From Chromera velia (taxonomy: Eukaryota), in NCBI GenBank assembly GCA_018398765.1, contig JAHBMJ010000469.1, positions 1-46,907 on the forward strand: a stretch of 46,907 nucleotides of DNA. Direction: 5' to 3'. The translations under genes were made by a program, and so were the position numbers. The notes under the pieces are model-generated. The model had not been told where the DNA came from and ran no database searches. It saw nothing but the letters and a program-made list of their open reading frames with translations. Below, piece by piece: positions 24,562 through 37,318 of the stretch. Position 1 is the stretch's first letter. Each line of letters begins with the position of its first letter.

Positions 24562-26962
24562 AATTAGGTCAAATTTAGTTTCAGTAGTACATGAAAATCT
24601 AGGTGAGAATATTGTCAGGCGCGAGGCGGATCCCCCCAGCTTTAATTTGTTCCATTTTTTTTTTTACGCACATCGCGCAAGCACTAAATTAGACTCCTGC
24701 CATAATACGTGCGTATTTTGACTGCGCCGCCATCTACATGCATATGGTGCATACAGTCATCATACAAGCTGTCTCTACCATGCTTTTCACCTCTTTAGTT
24801 TTCTAAGTTTTCTTCCTCTTTTAAGAGTCTTCCATAGTGGCAGCCGCTTGATGACTCAAGAAAAGCAGACCAGAAAGTTGATCCTGGGTATTTGTCCGTT
24901 GCGTACCATAGTGAATCTTGAAAAACCAAAGCCTTTTTTGTGCCCCCCTTCTTCCTTTTCTCCCTTCGCTGGGCGGAGGGCGCCTTCGGCACTATGCCTC
25001 TGTATCTTCCTCCTCTGTTGCTTCATGTCTGGCAAAAATGGAAAGAAGAACTTACTCTTTTTGTTGGAGAGGAAGAGATAGTAGCTAGATAAGATTTAAA
25101 GAGAGGTTGCAGAAAAACGAGTTGAGCCTAGGGATGTTATGGTGTATGTTGATAAGAGCAAGTTGAACACCAAAAGATATAAGACTGAGAGAGACTACAT
25201 CGGTACTCAGACTGTAGGTCCTAGTGATAAAGCAAAGACAATCAAAACCCTCGCTGAAGGCAGGATATTTAGTTTCTAGGAGAGATCGACCCGATTTAAG
25301 ATTCCATCTCTCTTTAGAAAAGGGAAAAAGGTATATGTAGACCATAATAATATGATAGACATTGTTAAAACTCAATCAGATAGAGCAGAGACGGAAGTAA
25401 CTTGGTATGTTACTCTCTTTGGGATCAGGTGGGTAAGGGGTTAAACCCTAGGTGCATCCTGGTAACTTGGTAGTCAGCCAGAAATAGGGGGGTGGTTACC
25501 AGGTTGGCCGGTAACCTGGCCGGCCGAGTCGCGGCGGCGCCGCGGGCCCGCGCCGTGGCCCGATCGACGTCCGTGCGGCCGCCGCGCGGCCTTGGCGTAA
25601 TGGGGGCCGCCGCGACCGCGCCCGGCGCGTCAGGCATGCTTGCGATATCCGTGCGCGCCTGTATGCAGTCTCCTATCGCAATTGAATGTGATTGTTCAGT
25701 GATGCAAAGGTCAGTCACTTTCTTGTGTGGAAACGTCGCGACCCTGTGTTGTTGAAACGTTGGTTTTGCTCTTGATTGAGCAGTTGTTCCCCAAAGAAGC
25801 CAAACTTAGAAGTTTCAAGATATTAAAAGGCAAACTGTTCACACAGATTCCAGCTGTCATTCTTCCTTTACAGGGCGGTGCAGAAGTTGGATCACAAAAG
25901 CCCGGAAAATGTGCATTCTGTCAGTTTGAGTGGAAATCGGTTCGCATTGACCGTTGTGTAAGACATTTGATAAAGACATCATGCAACTAGGGGTCAAACC
26001 TTGTCTAGACGGAATAAATTTGAAGCGAGCCAGTCTCGCGTTTCTTTTTTGTGCGCTCCGACGCTTGAAAGACAATAAGTGACTGCTGTGAACACTATGC
26101 TCTACACATTTGGTCCGAAGTAGTAGGAAAAAATGATGGACGAGGATGGCTATTGGTCAAACGAGCTTCCTATTTTCTGGGTACATATTTGTTGTGCCTG
26201 TTTCAGGTGCGCAGGCCCAGTTAAAGAATGTGGAGGGCGAAAGAGCTGCAAAAAACCAGTGGGCGGTGCAATGTTGCCGAGGAAAAGAGGGGAGTCGACG
26301 GTAAATCCATGTGATTGCTGCCAAGGCCGATATGTGAAGTGCTTTTATGACTGACAGTATTACTGGGTGCCGGAGATCAGACGTCCTTGTATTCACAATT
26401 GTTCGAAAAACAAAGTGTTTTACGTTTATCAGCATAGGTATACCACTGTGTAAAACAAATAAAAGATTATAAAATTATTCATCCTATAGATCATGTAATT
26501 TGATGAAAAAACTAATCATTTTGCATAGATTTTCAAAAGCGGAACAAATTAAAGCTGAGGGGATGCGGCGCGACGCGGTGCATGGGCGCGCGCGGGCAGC
26601 CCGCGCGAGCATAACAGGGCCGCGACGCGCCAATTCTGCATGGGTTCGATGCATGCATGGCCCCGCGGAGGGCGGAGCTGTAATTCATTCATGCCCTCCC
26701 CGGGGCCTTTGGAGTTGCGAGTGGAGCGAGCGGCTCTGTAGCTGTATATTTCGCCATACTAGCTCCGAAGGAAGGAAGAGCGGAAGCTCGCGTCAGCTTT
26801 TTTTCCCTTTGATCGAGGCGCTTCACCATGGTTCACCAATAAAGGTCACTTGTGGTGGCAGGATTGTGCGAGAAGCTCGGTTGGTAGAGTGGAATAACGA
26901 CCACTGACACAAAGGCTGCCTGCCGTCTCCGTGCGTCAAGCCCTTTTGCAGAAGCCTGTGAA

Positions 26963-29870
26963 ATGCAGAAAGAGTTGACGGTTTTTTTCAGACCTCCAAA
27001 ACATTGGGTTGATGCCCATATTCGCTATGCGGCTATATACAAAAACGTCCACAATCATTTGGAATGGAAGGTGACCCAGATGAAGGAATGCCGGGAGCCT
27101 CCTCTCTCTCCAGAAGACTTGACTTGGCACCAGAGCACCTGGTGAAGGAGTGGGGGGATCTAGCGACAGTGCCACAATGGTGGAGTGTGACGATCACTGG
27201 AGTGAGAGGCATCCTCTGTTCTTTCTATGAGACGAGACAGTGGAGTCCGTCCATGCCTGGTTCGCTTCGGACGAGAGACTACCTGCTCGGCAATTCGAGG
27301 TTCGATGAGGAGCTCCATTCGGCCTGCTATGCTGTCAAGGATAGGTCTTTCGTCGTGAAGATTAGACCAGGTCAGAGGACACTCAACAGAAGGGCGGGCA
27401 GGAGGCAGTGCGCTCTCTCAATCACTCCGCCCCACCCTATATGTTATCGGGAAAAGTTTAGACGAGGCGGGGTGTGTGGAAAGAATCACAGCGAGGAGGA
27501 AAGGAAGGAAGGAAAGAAAGAAAAGAAGGAGGCACGACGAGGATGGAAGAGGAAGAACCGTCTGAAAAAACAAGGGGAGGGGGAGAGAACAAGAAGAAGG
27601 AAGGACCGGGCGAAAGGCGCAACACGTAGCCGGGAAGGAGCTTCGCTTGACAAACTTTCTGGACATGCACACGTCCACACATGAGCGATACGGAGATTTT
27701 GACACGAACACGGAACAGATACAGGATGAGGAAATGCGGCATGTCAAAATGCAAGCACACCCTTTCAGACAGACGGGCAAAAAGACACCGCTCTTCGAGA
27801 CATACGTTCATGTAGATGCACTGACTGGCCGATAAAGAAACGCACAAATGTACGAAGCCGACGATGCACCCGCAGAGAAGAATACAACCCGAAACAATGT
27901 TAACATGTTCGCTCGAGACAGACTGGACAAACTGAATGCAAATTCTTCTTCTTCTTCTTCTTCTTTTCTGTGCAGGAAAGATCGTCAAGCCAGACACATG
28001 TTTCTACGCCGGCCGCCTTCCGACCCCCCCGGATACAGGCGCAGAGAATCAGGGCCAAAATCTGAACATGCAAAGGCCGCCATTGCCTCTCCGACCTGCC
28101 GCGAGAGGACGACACGGACGGTACACACGCCACCCCCGATTCCCGCCCTAACAGCCAGACTTTGTTTCTCCCACCGGCGCAGCGTCTTACGGGTGAGTTC
28201 GGCACTCCTGGCCTTCCCGCTTTGTGAGCAAGATAGCAAACGGCCTTTCCTCCTGTTGTGCAAGCTCTTGAACATGGAGGACTCTTCTTTCTTTTGTCGG
28301 TACACCCCGATGCCTGCCAGGATCGACTGTCTCCCCACCTGCCCCCCTTCACTTCCCCCCCCCTCCCCCCCTTCCCTCAGGAATCTGGGAGGTTCGGTGG
28401 TGGAGGAGCCGGACACGCACTTCAGGGCATGCTTCCTCGAATTCAGTCAGTCACTCACTTTCTGTGTTCGCCTGTTTGTTCGTTGATCGAACCCCTCTCT
28501 GCATGCATGTACGTTTCTCTCTCTGCCGGCCTGACTGACATTTTAGCTTTTGTGGGTGGTCCAACTTCCACTGTTTTCCTCTTTCCTCCAAGTACACGTG
28601 TTGCTATGCAGCTAATTCTTCATCGTTCTTTCCTGGCAACTCTGACTTGGGTCGCGTGAAACGGCAGGAAACAAACGACATGAATGTCCTTGGTCCACCC
28701 ATCGAACGAAGACGACATGAACGAGATGTTCCCTGATGTTTTTTGCCTTGGAGGTTGAAGCAAGAAAGCGAGGAGGGCATCGGGGTGATGCTATTAGGGC
28801 ATCCAGCCCCACAAGCATTGGGGTGATGCTATTAGGGCATCCAGCCCCACAAGCATTGGGGTGATGCTATTAGGGCATCCAGCCCCACAAGCAACAGTTT
28901 TCCTCCCCCACACAACCACCGTACGACTCCACACCACTCACAAATCTGCATCGACCTCGTGCAGTCTTTGCGTGGAGACTTGAAATCTCATTCTGCCCTT
29001 CGACCCCCCTTCATTTCTGTTTTTGGATCTTGTCATGATGCATGCTTGCAGGTTTCTCAACCTCAGAAGAAGATATTGTGGGGTGGGTAAAAGGGCGCGA
29101 CATTCCAGAGCCACAGGATCTACAGTGGCAAGGGGCACGGAAGCGAAGGGCGACCCTGTGCAGCCAGATAGCCCTCATCTCTAAGTACTTGTGTCCAGAG
29201 CTCCAAGTTCTGGAGGAAGGCGAGGGTCCGCTCATGCACAGAGCGCGCCCCGACCGCGTCTTTGCAGGGCCGGGTGCGGGGACGCTCACAGTAGTCGTGG
29301 GAGACAACCGTTACAACTCCGCTAAGGTTCTCAGCCGACCTTCAAAGAAGCAGAGGAAGGCCCAGGGTGTTCTCACAGAGCCTGTCTGCAAACCGTCAGC
29401 GTACGACCGTGCACAGGAGATCCGGGAGATGGAGAGTGCCGTCTTGAAGTTGGTGGAAGCGTGGGACAACCACGGATGGAGGGCAGCGTGTCGTCCTGCC
29501 AGTGGACGTTCTTCAGTCATGGTTGACGAAGGCGAAGGCTGAAGTGGGAGGGAAGGACTGGCTCGTCTGTGCAGGACAGTGTGATCGGAATGGGTGTGTG
29601 GCAAGCACGAAACCCATGGACGAATTGATTCTGTCGGAGAGTATGCGGGATGTTCCAAGTCTGACTTTCACAGTTCGCCCACTGGTCGTCGCGAAAGACT
29701 ATCCTCGTGGCGGTGAGCCGATCGAATTGAATCGTCAATTTTGTAACGAAAGGGACCGTATGCATGAACTATTGTGTGGGAGTGTGTCCCTCAGGAACGA
29801 CTAGCTTTGCATCAGGTCTTTGTTGAAAGACCCAGAGAAATAGCGACTTGCGAGATAGCTTTAAAAGCAA
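26963..29870 (+). pseudogene. Disrupted multi-exon gene with an N-terminal CBM25/26-like starch-binding module. Exons ~26963-27370, 27976-28192, 28381-28445, 29052-~29870
   Basis: Removing one copy of the GACTT duplication (27116-27125) gives MQKELTVFFRPPKHWVDAHIRY...W...M...WWSVTITGVRGILCSFYETRQW...DYLL...YAVKD. Later exons join in phase but contain TAA at 28149-28151, a frameshift near 29480 and further stops from 29802. Confidence 0.55.
28777..28893 (+). repeat. Three tandem 38-bp hairpin-forming units in an intron
   Basis: gca(t/tt)ggggtgatgctattagggcatccagccccacaa starts at 28777, 28815 and 28853. Each unit has internal arms gggg-t-gatgc...gcatc-cag-cccc. Confidence 0.92.
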
Positions 29871-30217
29871 GTCAGGCTGATGGGAGGCGAGAGGGAGTTG
29901 TTTCCGGAAAGCGAATAGGATGATTGCGGCGAGCTCGGTCAGGTCAACAACTGTTCTTCTCCCCTCTATATTGTTTTGCAGATTCTCGTTGAGATCCTTT
30001 CACTGCATGCTTTCAGAAGGTTCAAACGTTCAGAATGAAAAGAAGGAAACTCAATGATCGTTTCTGGCACATGCAGTGACAGACCCTGCGGCCTGCTTTT
30101 GCGCGTGCAGATTCAGGCCCAGATCATCCGTCGAAGGTCGTTGTATGTATTTTGTATTTATTTATGTTTATTTATTCATTTATGCAAAGCACTGTGTATG
30201 AAAATAAATACGTGCAG

Positions 30218-33200
30218 ATTCAGGCCCAGATCATCCCTCGAAGGTCGACTACAGCCTCGATCCGGATGGACATGTCATTTCGCGTGTGCTTGAGGGTGAG
30301 GTGGATGAGGAGGCCATGAAGAGGCTCATGTCAAATGTGTTCGTGTGCACGCTCTGCCAAATTGGCGGTAGCACAAGGCACAAGATTCGGGATCACGTCA
30401 ACCAGAATCTCCACAAATTTCGATTGGATGAGAGACGGGAACGTCCTTGGCTTGTAAGGCAGGAGAGCACCACAGGCTCTTTTGAAGCCCGCCTGCTACC
30501 TGAAATTGCCGCTAGATTGATACAGGTAGGGGTGTTTTCCTGGAAGCCGCTTCGCCCCCATCAGTTGCCTCCTATCGCCAGTGCATCCAGCACTTCGCAC
30601 GCATCCGATCTTCCTGTACAGTCCCTTCTCTCGCTCCGGGGGACCGGGCTTGCACAGTCGGCATCTGTAGGTGCACTGCTACCATCGGGTTTGCCGACTG
30701 GAGGGCAGGGGAGGGGGTTCTCTCAGGAGGATGCCGCCAGTCATCCTGCGCATCTGGCTGAATGGCCTCATCGGATACAGCCTGACTTTGGATCTATGCG
30801 GCATGGGGGGCCGGTCCAAAGAGAAGACGCACCGTCGTCCTCATCACGCACCTTCCGTCACCCGACCCACCCACCTCGCGACGAGCTGATGCCTCAGGTT
30901 GTTCATCAGGAGACGGAAACGCCCTTCCTCCTTCCCTCCTCCAGCAGCAGCAAGAGCGGCATCTGCAGCTCCGCTCAATGCTTCCAAGTGGGAGGGCGTC
31001 AAGAGTCCTCCAAGACAAATCGAGAACATGCCGGTGAGGTTGCACAGAAAGGGAAACGGAGCAGAGACTTGCAGTCAAGGGAAGCTGAGAACACCCTGAG
31101 CCGCAACGACTGTGGCACCATTTCCATTAGGAGCGGCAGCAGCAGCAGTAGTAGTGATGGTAGAAGGGGGATTCCGCAGCAGGTCCCTTCAGCGGGACGC
31201 CCCATCCCTCGTCCGTCACTCCCCTCGACGCTCCTCCCACTCCTTCTGAATCCCACGCCCGGCCATCGATTGCCCCCCGCCGCCCTGACAGGAGTCCTTG
31301 CGGCATCTGGAATCCGACCCCGGAACAACGGGAACGCACTGACTCCTTCACGGCCCGCTTTCGTGTGAAAGAGACGGGGGAGCGGGAGTGCGGAATATGT
31401 GGGGTACTGCTGTTGTCAAGAGAGGACGAGGTGCGGCATCGGGCTCTTCCCTCTGAAGGGGGAAGTCACATGTGCTACAGAGTCAGGCACTTCTTCGCAG
31501 AGGAAGCATTCCGCAAAGTCAGTCAGTCAGTCTGTCGGACGGCAGTGCTGTGTTCATGTCGAATCAAGACTTGAAGAAGAAAAGCGCCAACAGAGTCAGA
31601 AACGTGCATGCCAGAAAGAAGGGAACTCTAAGGCCGTCTCATGCATCCACCCTTTCATTCTATGATACACATTCTTCCTTCTGAAAGTCGGAAGAAAAAC
31701 AGCAGTCGGAACGGGAGGAGGGAAAGGGAATTTAATTAAAGGGCGAGAGAGATAGTGCAGACGCATGAATTGATGTTGCAGCTGGAAATTTGAAATGACA
31801 ATTGATTTTTGCGCTTGCGCCTCTTTTCATTTCAGGAACGAGGGAGGCAACCAGATCCCAGGGCCTGCTCATTCTTTCCCCCCTCGAGCAGCCAGTTTAG
31901 TCTCACAAGCATAGTCAGTCTCTTTCTTTGTCAGTCTGCTGCGCACATTAAGAGGGTGCTGAAACAGCAGAGGAGCGATTCGCGTCTGTTTTCTCTCTGA
32001 AACTCGTGTTTTTGCATCTCTGTCTCTCTTTCTGCGCCTCTTTCTGCCTCTCTCCTTCTTTCACCGTCCCCCTCTTGCTCTCTTTGTGCTTGGAAGTTGA
32101 GCCAAACAGGCGTGCGTCCTGCGGGGTTCCATAGAAGGGTCCCCCTCAGCTCATCACCACACCCCGCCTGCATACCTCGATCTCTGAATTGCCTGCAGGT
32201 CCGTTGGCGCTTCTCGCCTGAGAGCAGCATGACTGACCTGAAGGCAGAGGACAAAGCGTCGGGAGGTCGCCCCGTCGTACTCTTTTCCTTCAAGTGCAAA
32301 ACGTGCGACAGCGAGGTGCCGTCTTTTGGGGTGAGTGTGCGCATGTCTCTTGGGCCTGTTTTTTGTTGACCTTGTGTGCCGTGGGTTCCTTTTGCCGAAT
32401 CCTTCCTTCTTGCTTTTTTTCTTTCTTTCTTTCTTTCTTTCTTTCTGTCTTTCTGTCTTTCTGTCTTTCTTTCTTTCTGTCTTTCTTTCTTTCTCTCTTT
32501 TTTTCGTTCTTTCTTTTCTTTTCCCCCCCCCTCTCTTTCTTTTCTTTTCTTTTTTCTTTCTTTTTTTTCTCTTTCTTTCTTTCTGTCCGTCTTTCTTTTC
32601 TTTTTTGCCCCCCTCTCTTTCTTTTCTTTTTTCTTTCTTTCTTTCTTTCTGTCTTACTGTCTTTCTGTCTTTCTATCTTTCTGTGTTTCTGTCTGTCTGT
32701 CTGTCTGTCTGTCTTTCTTTCTTTCTTTCTTTTCTTTCTCGTTCGTGCTTTCTTTCTTTCTTTCTTTCTTTCTTCCTTTCTTCCTTTCTTCCTTTCTTCC
32801 TTCCTTTCTTTCTTCCTTTCTTTCTTCCTTCCTTTCTTCCTTCCTTTCTTCCTTCCTTTCTTCCTTCCTTTCTTCCTTCCTTCTTCCTTCCTTCCTTCCT
32901 TCTTCCTTTCTTTCACCCTTTTTACCTGCCTGTCTTTGTTCCTTTCTTTTCTTTCTTTCTTTCGCTCTTCTTTCCTGCCTGCCTTCGTTTTTTTGGTTTT
33001 TTGTTTTCTTTCTTTCTGCCCTTCCTTCTTGTTTGTCTTTGTTTCTCGTGTTCTTTTTTTTTGCCTGCCTTTTCTTGTTTGTTTGTTTTCTGTGTTTCTT
33101 TGTTTCTTTCTTTCGTTTTATCTCTCTTTCTTTCTGGGCTTCTTTCTGCCTTCTCTTTTTTTTCTTTTGCCCTTTTCTGCTGCCTTTCTTAGGTCCTTTT

Positions 33201-33594
33201 GCTGTTTGCGTCCGTTTTTTCTCACCAATCTTCATCCGTCCAGCCCTGTTGTTTGCGTCCAACCGAAAGTGCCTTCCTCTCGAATGTTCTTTTCTGATGG
33301 CTCTTGTGTCCCTCCCTGTGCATTCTTCCAGTGTACCCCCTGCTTGCTTATCCTTGCTTCCCGTCGGTCTGCCCATTCGTTTCAGCCCCCTTTCTTCTCG
33401 TTTATTTGCTGGAAGAGTGGTCGATCATGAAGGACCCGTTGCTGAGTGCTGTATTACTTATGTGCCCACCAATTTTGCTGAATTGTGCGCAGGTCTGGGT
33501 TCACGACTGCGGACAAGGACAAGCGCAACTTCAGACGTACATGCATGGAGGGGAGACTTTCTGGAGCTTCCAAGGCATCACATCACCTTCGTGA
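30218..33594 (+). CDS. Zinc-finger-containing exon series, start not identified (possibly the 3' half of the disrupted gene upstream). Exons 30218-31033, 31183-31517, 31836-31913, 32199-32330, 33493-33594
   Basis: Three Cys/His modules: CTLCQIGGSTRHKIRDHVNQNLH (C2H2/matrin-like), CGICGVLLLSREDEVRH...HMC, and CKTCDSEVPSFG|VWVHDC (assembled across a splice junction). The 31034-31182 intron is inferred from frame only and lacks a polypyrimidine tract, so it could instead be a frameshift. Confidence 0.5.
32400..33200 (+). repeat. Intronic (TTTC)n/(TTCC)n/(TCTG)n microsatellite
   Basis: Directly visible. Confidence 0.95.
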
Positions 33595-34344
33595 AGTGCG
33601 TGGGTCATCTCGCTGCATGTCAGGCTAACCCCCGTCTGACAGGCTCAGTGACAGCACCAGACCTTCCGAGCCGAAAATCGTGACAAAGCTCTACAGAATT
33701 TTGGAGAGTTCCAATGATGAAAAAGACTCTATATTTTAAAGGAGCATGATTTTTCGTAGTGATGAACTGAACGATTGAATCATTATTAGTTAATTGGCTA
33801 TATTATTTGTAGTATCAACTATAAGACTATTTAACTTCAATTGGGGTGTCAATGATAACAGTCACTGCCAATCACTGGGTTAAGTCATCATCATCATTCA
33901 CTATCGCCATCAGCCCATACTAGGGCCCATAAATGAGCGTCTAACGTTTGCTAGGTTCGATGCGCAGCTAGACACACTGCTAGGGCAGTCTTCTCCCACG
34001 AAGGAAGATTATGATAATAACACAGACATAGACATTTATGTATAACGACACTTTTAAGCAAACACAGCATTTTTACTATGGTATAGCCTTAGTGAACACT
34101 GAACATTTATATTAATACCTCGTATATTATAAAATTAAGTCTATGTAGTTGTACCAAGTAATTATATACTATACACATGCCTTGTTTGCAATATACTGGC
34201 TATATAGCTGCCACCGTTAGCCACCCTGGTACACCTTAGCTTACCAAATACTAGTTTTTTTATTAAAAGTTCATGTAATATTGCATAAATGATATATATA
34301 TTAGTTTCAACGGCATACATGTTTTCTTTTTTTGTGCATGGTTC

Positions 34345-34379
<35 letters not shown>

Positions 34380-34449
34380 GGAATAGAAAACGTCCATAAC
34401 CTGGTCCAGAACTAGGTACAGAGTTTTAATTAATGAATGGGCGGCCTGA

Positions 34450-35426
34450 TTATTGGGGAAAAACAACTGCAAGGTCTTTTTGAATTTCTTGGAGGGCCTC
34501 CCTGAATGCGTCCTCCTTCTTAGTCACTCCCGGGGGCTTTTGGTGGAGAGACGTCAGACGAGGAAACCATTGGGATGCGTATGCGGATATCTCCTTGGCC
34601 GCCCTCCTCATCCTGTTGAGCGCCCTCATCCATACGTACATAGGAATGGGGTCGGCCTGCTTCCTCCTTGTATCGGGTGTCTCGTCATTGGCAATAATGC
34701 GATCAAGCTTCTCAACGACTGTGTCAGTAGCGACAGCCAACTTCATTTTTGCCCCTTCATCGTTTGTGTTTAGTCTCCTGATCATTTCATAATCACTCAC
34801 TTCTCCCTGAGGCTCCTTGAAGAGATCTCTGACTTTCTGCAGAGCCGCCAGACATTCGTCGACGTCGTTCTCAAAAAGCTCAACCCCCTCACCCAGGGAG
34901 GCGGTCGCGGAGACCAACTCGAAATTGTACGCGCTCACCTGCAGGCAGGCAGGTACACGGCCTCTGATTGTTTTCTAGTTCATAAGCGTTTCATTTGGCA
35001 CCCCATTTACATCTTCCAGTGCAGCAAGAGCCGGAAAGATAGGAGGAGAAGAAAGTGTCACGAGACGCGCACTGAAATCGACAGAATTACGGGCTAAAAA
35101 TACTTCGATTCACTGATTCCAAACAAGAAATTACAGCAACGTCGGTCTGGGTTACCAATCACGATCGAATTCCCCACGCACGCACACGCGCACCAACCTT
35201 TTCCTTAAACTCCTCTATGATCTCTTGAAGAGGCCCCGCCCACTCTTTCCACGACGCCCCGGTGTCCTCCTCCATAATGCTCCCCCCCAACCTCTCCGTC
35301 ACGTGGTTCAAAATCTGCAGCCAGGCAGGCAGACAGAAAGGCAGGCAGACAAGAATATAGGTAGGCAGTCAGGCAAACGGGCGGAAAGAAAAAGTTCTTG
35401 AAGAGAATTCAAACCACAATCAAGTC

Positions 35427-35470
<44 letters not shown>

Positions 35471-36757
35471 GGGAGAGAGAGAGAGAGCTAAAGCTCATGA
35501 CCAAAAGCAGAAGAGAGACAGCTAGAGTTTGGCAGAAAAAGAGATCGACAAATCGGATAACAGACAATCAGGGTGCCTAAAGAGACTTCGGAAGACATAC
35601 CAATCAGAAACGAACCAATTAAGCAGAATGGATTCATGCATTCACACAGACTCACCGACCTCTATGCGCATCCGCAGGACTGAAAGTACCGTCAGAATTC
35701 CCCGAAATGTGTTCCCATCGTTTCCCCCTCTACAGTTTTCCCTCTCTTTTCCGTCCTCGTCCTTGCACGGATCCTTTCGCAGATGAAATGCCGCCAGATG
35801 CTCCGCAGCTTCTTGAACCTTCTCACGCGACTTTCGTATTTTTGGGAGCAGCTCCGTGAGTCCATCAACAGTTTGGAGGATGTCCTTCCTGCTCTCGAAG
35901 GCCTTCTTGGTGTCGCCCTCGTTGATCCCCAACCGACTGAGGAAGGGTCTGTCCGAGGGCACTTTGAACTTTTTTGCCCTCAACGTCCAGTCATCCATCT
36001 TCTCGTCAAATCGGATGGCCAAGTCGTTCGGCGAATTTTTCTCAACGGACGCTCTGACCGCCTCGAGAGCTGCTTGGGCCCTCGAGGTGTCGAGAAGCTT
36101 TTCGGCATCGCCCATCTGCTCCAGAAACCTGTGTACGTGCAGCATGCAGTGAAGAAAAGAAGGAATTAAGGACTCGGGTTTCTTTATTGACCCTGCAATT
36201 GTTGATCAGGGGAATGCATGCAAACATCCTGCAGAGAGAGAAGTGCATGGGTGCCTAGCTGTCCATGTAGCTTGGTGGAAGTGTTGGCGATGAACCCACC
36301 CATGTGCCCCCATGCATGTATACAATAAATTAAGCGTGTGCATACATATGAACCGATGCAAGACTGCATACTTGTGTCTTGCTCCAGGAAAATGGAAACT
36401 CAGTGCTGATCGAAATGATATAAGCAGCCCCGAAGTCCGTTTCAAGACCTGATGTCACTCAGATTGAGGCCACCCGAACACAATTTCCAGCAGTCACATG
36501 CAGACACATGGGCAGGGACGCACAAATGCACTGACGCCGCTACAAAACCACGTAAAAAATACAGGAAACGAGACACGCATCTGCATGGGGATGCTGCCAA
36601 GAGTCAGGGAGAAACATCGGAAGCACAAACAAACTGCAGGGAAACAAAGCAGCATCTTCACAGCTAGGGGGGGCACAAGGAGGTGAGAAACAGATAGAGA
36701 CGGAGAGGGAGAGGGAGAGGGAGAGGGAACGGGAGGGACAGAGCCGGAGTGTCTGTC

Positions 36758-36790
<33 letters not shown>

Positions 36791-36955
36791 AAGAAAGAAA
36801 GAAAGAAAGAACGAAAGAAAGCAGGAAAGCAAGAAAGCAAGCAAGCAAGCAAGCGAGCAAGCAAGAAAGAAAGCAAAGAAGCAAGCAAGAAAGAAACAAA
36901 GGAACAAACAAACAAACAAAAAAAGAAAGAAAGAAACAAAGAAAGAAAGAAAGAG

Positions 36956-36986
<31 letters not shown>

Positions 36987-37287
36987 ACGAAAGAAAGTAG
37001 GAAAGCAAGAAAGCAGGCAAGCAAGCAAGCGAGCAAGCAAGAAAGAAAGCAAAGAAGCAAGCAAGAAAGAAACAAAGGAACAAACAAACAAACAAAAAAA
37101 GAAAGAAAGAAACAAAGAAAGAGAGAAAGAAAGAAAGAAAGAACGAAAGTAGGAAAGCAAGAAAGTAAGCGAGCAAGCAAGAAAGAAAGCAAAGAAGCAA
37201 GCAAGCAAGAAAGAAACAAAGGAACAAACAAACAAACAAAAAAAGAAAGAAAGAAACAAAGAAAGAAAGAAAGAAAGAAAGAAAGAG

Positions 37288-37318
<31 letters not shown>

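Noticed and set aside
24795..26435. Several short ORFs in the spacer
   Set aside because: No recognisable motifs or consistent splice chain. They may be decayed repeat sequence, but I cannot support a call.
27071..27113. 43-nt GT-AG intron that might repair the CBM-like frameshift
   Set aside because: Splicing it gives AAG ACT TGA, an immediate stop. The 5-bp duplication explains the shift better.
28777..28893. CRISPR-like palindromic repeats
   Set aside because: There are no spacers between units and no cas genes, and the context is a eukaryotic intron.
28149..29864. Ciliate-type genetic code (TAA/TAG = Gln)
   Set aside because: The GT61 paralogs end at equivalent positions with TAA and TAG, and the intact exons elsewhere contain no in-frame TAR codons.
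32290..33683. Long F/L/S-rich and K/E/R-rich ORFs (also 468-1610, 3763-4325, 5730-6434, 36494-37851, 37959-38443)
   Set aside because: These are translations of stop-free microsatellites inside introns. Only short embedded segments are real exons.
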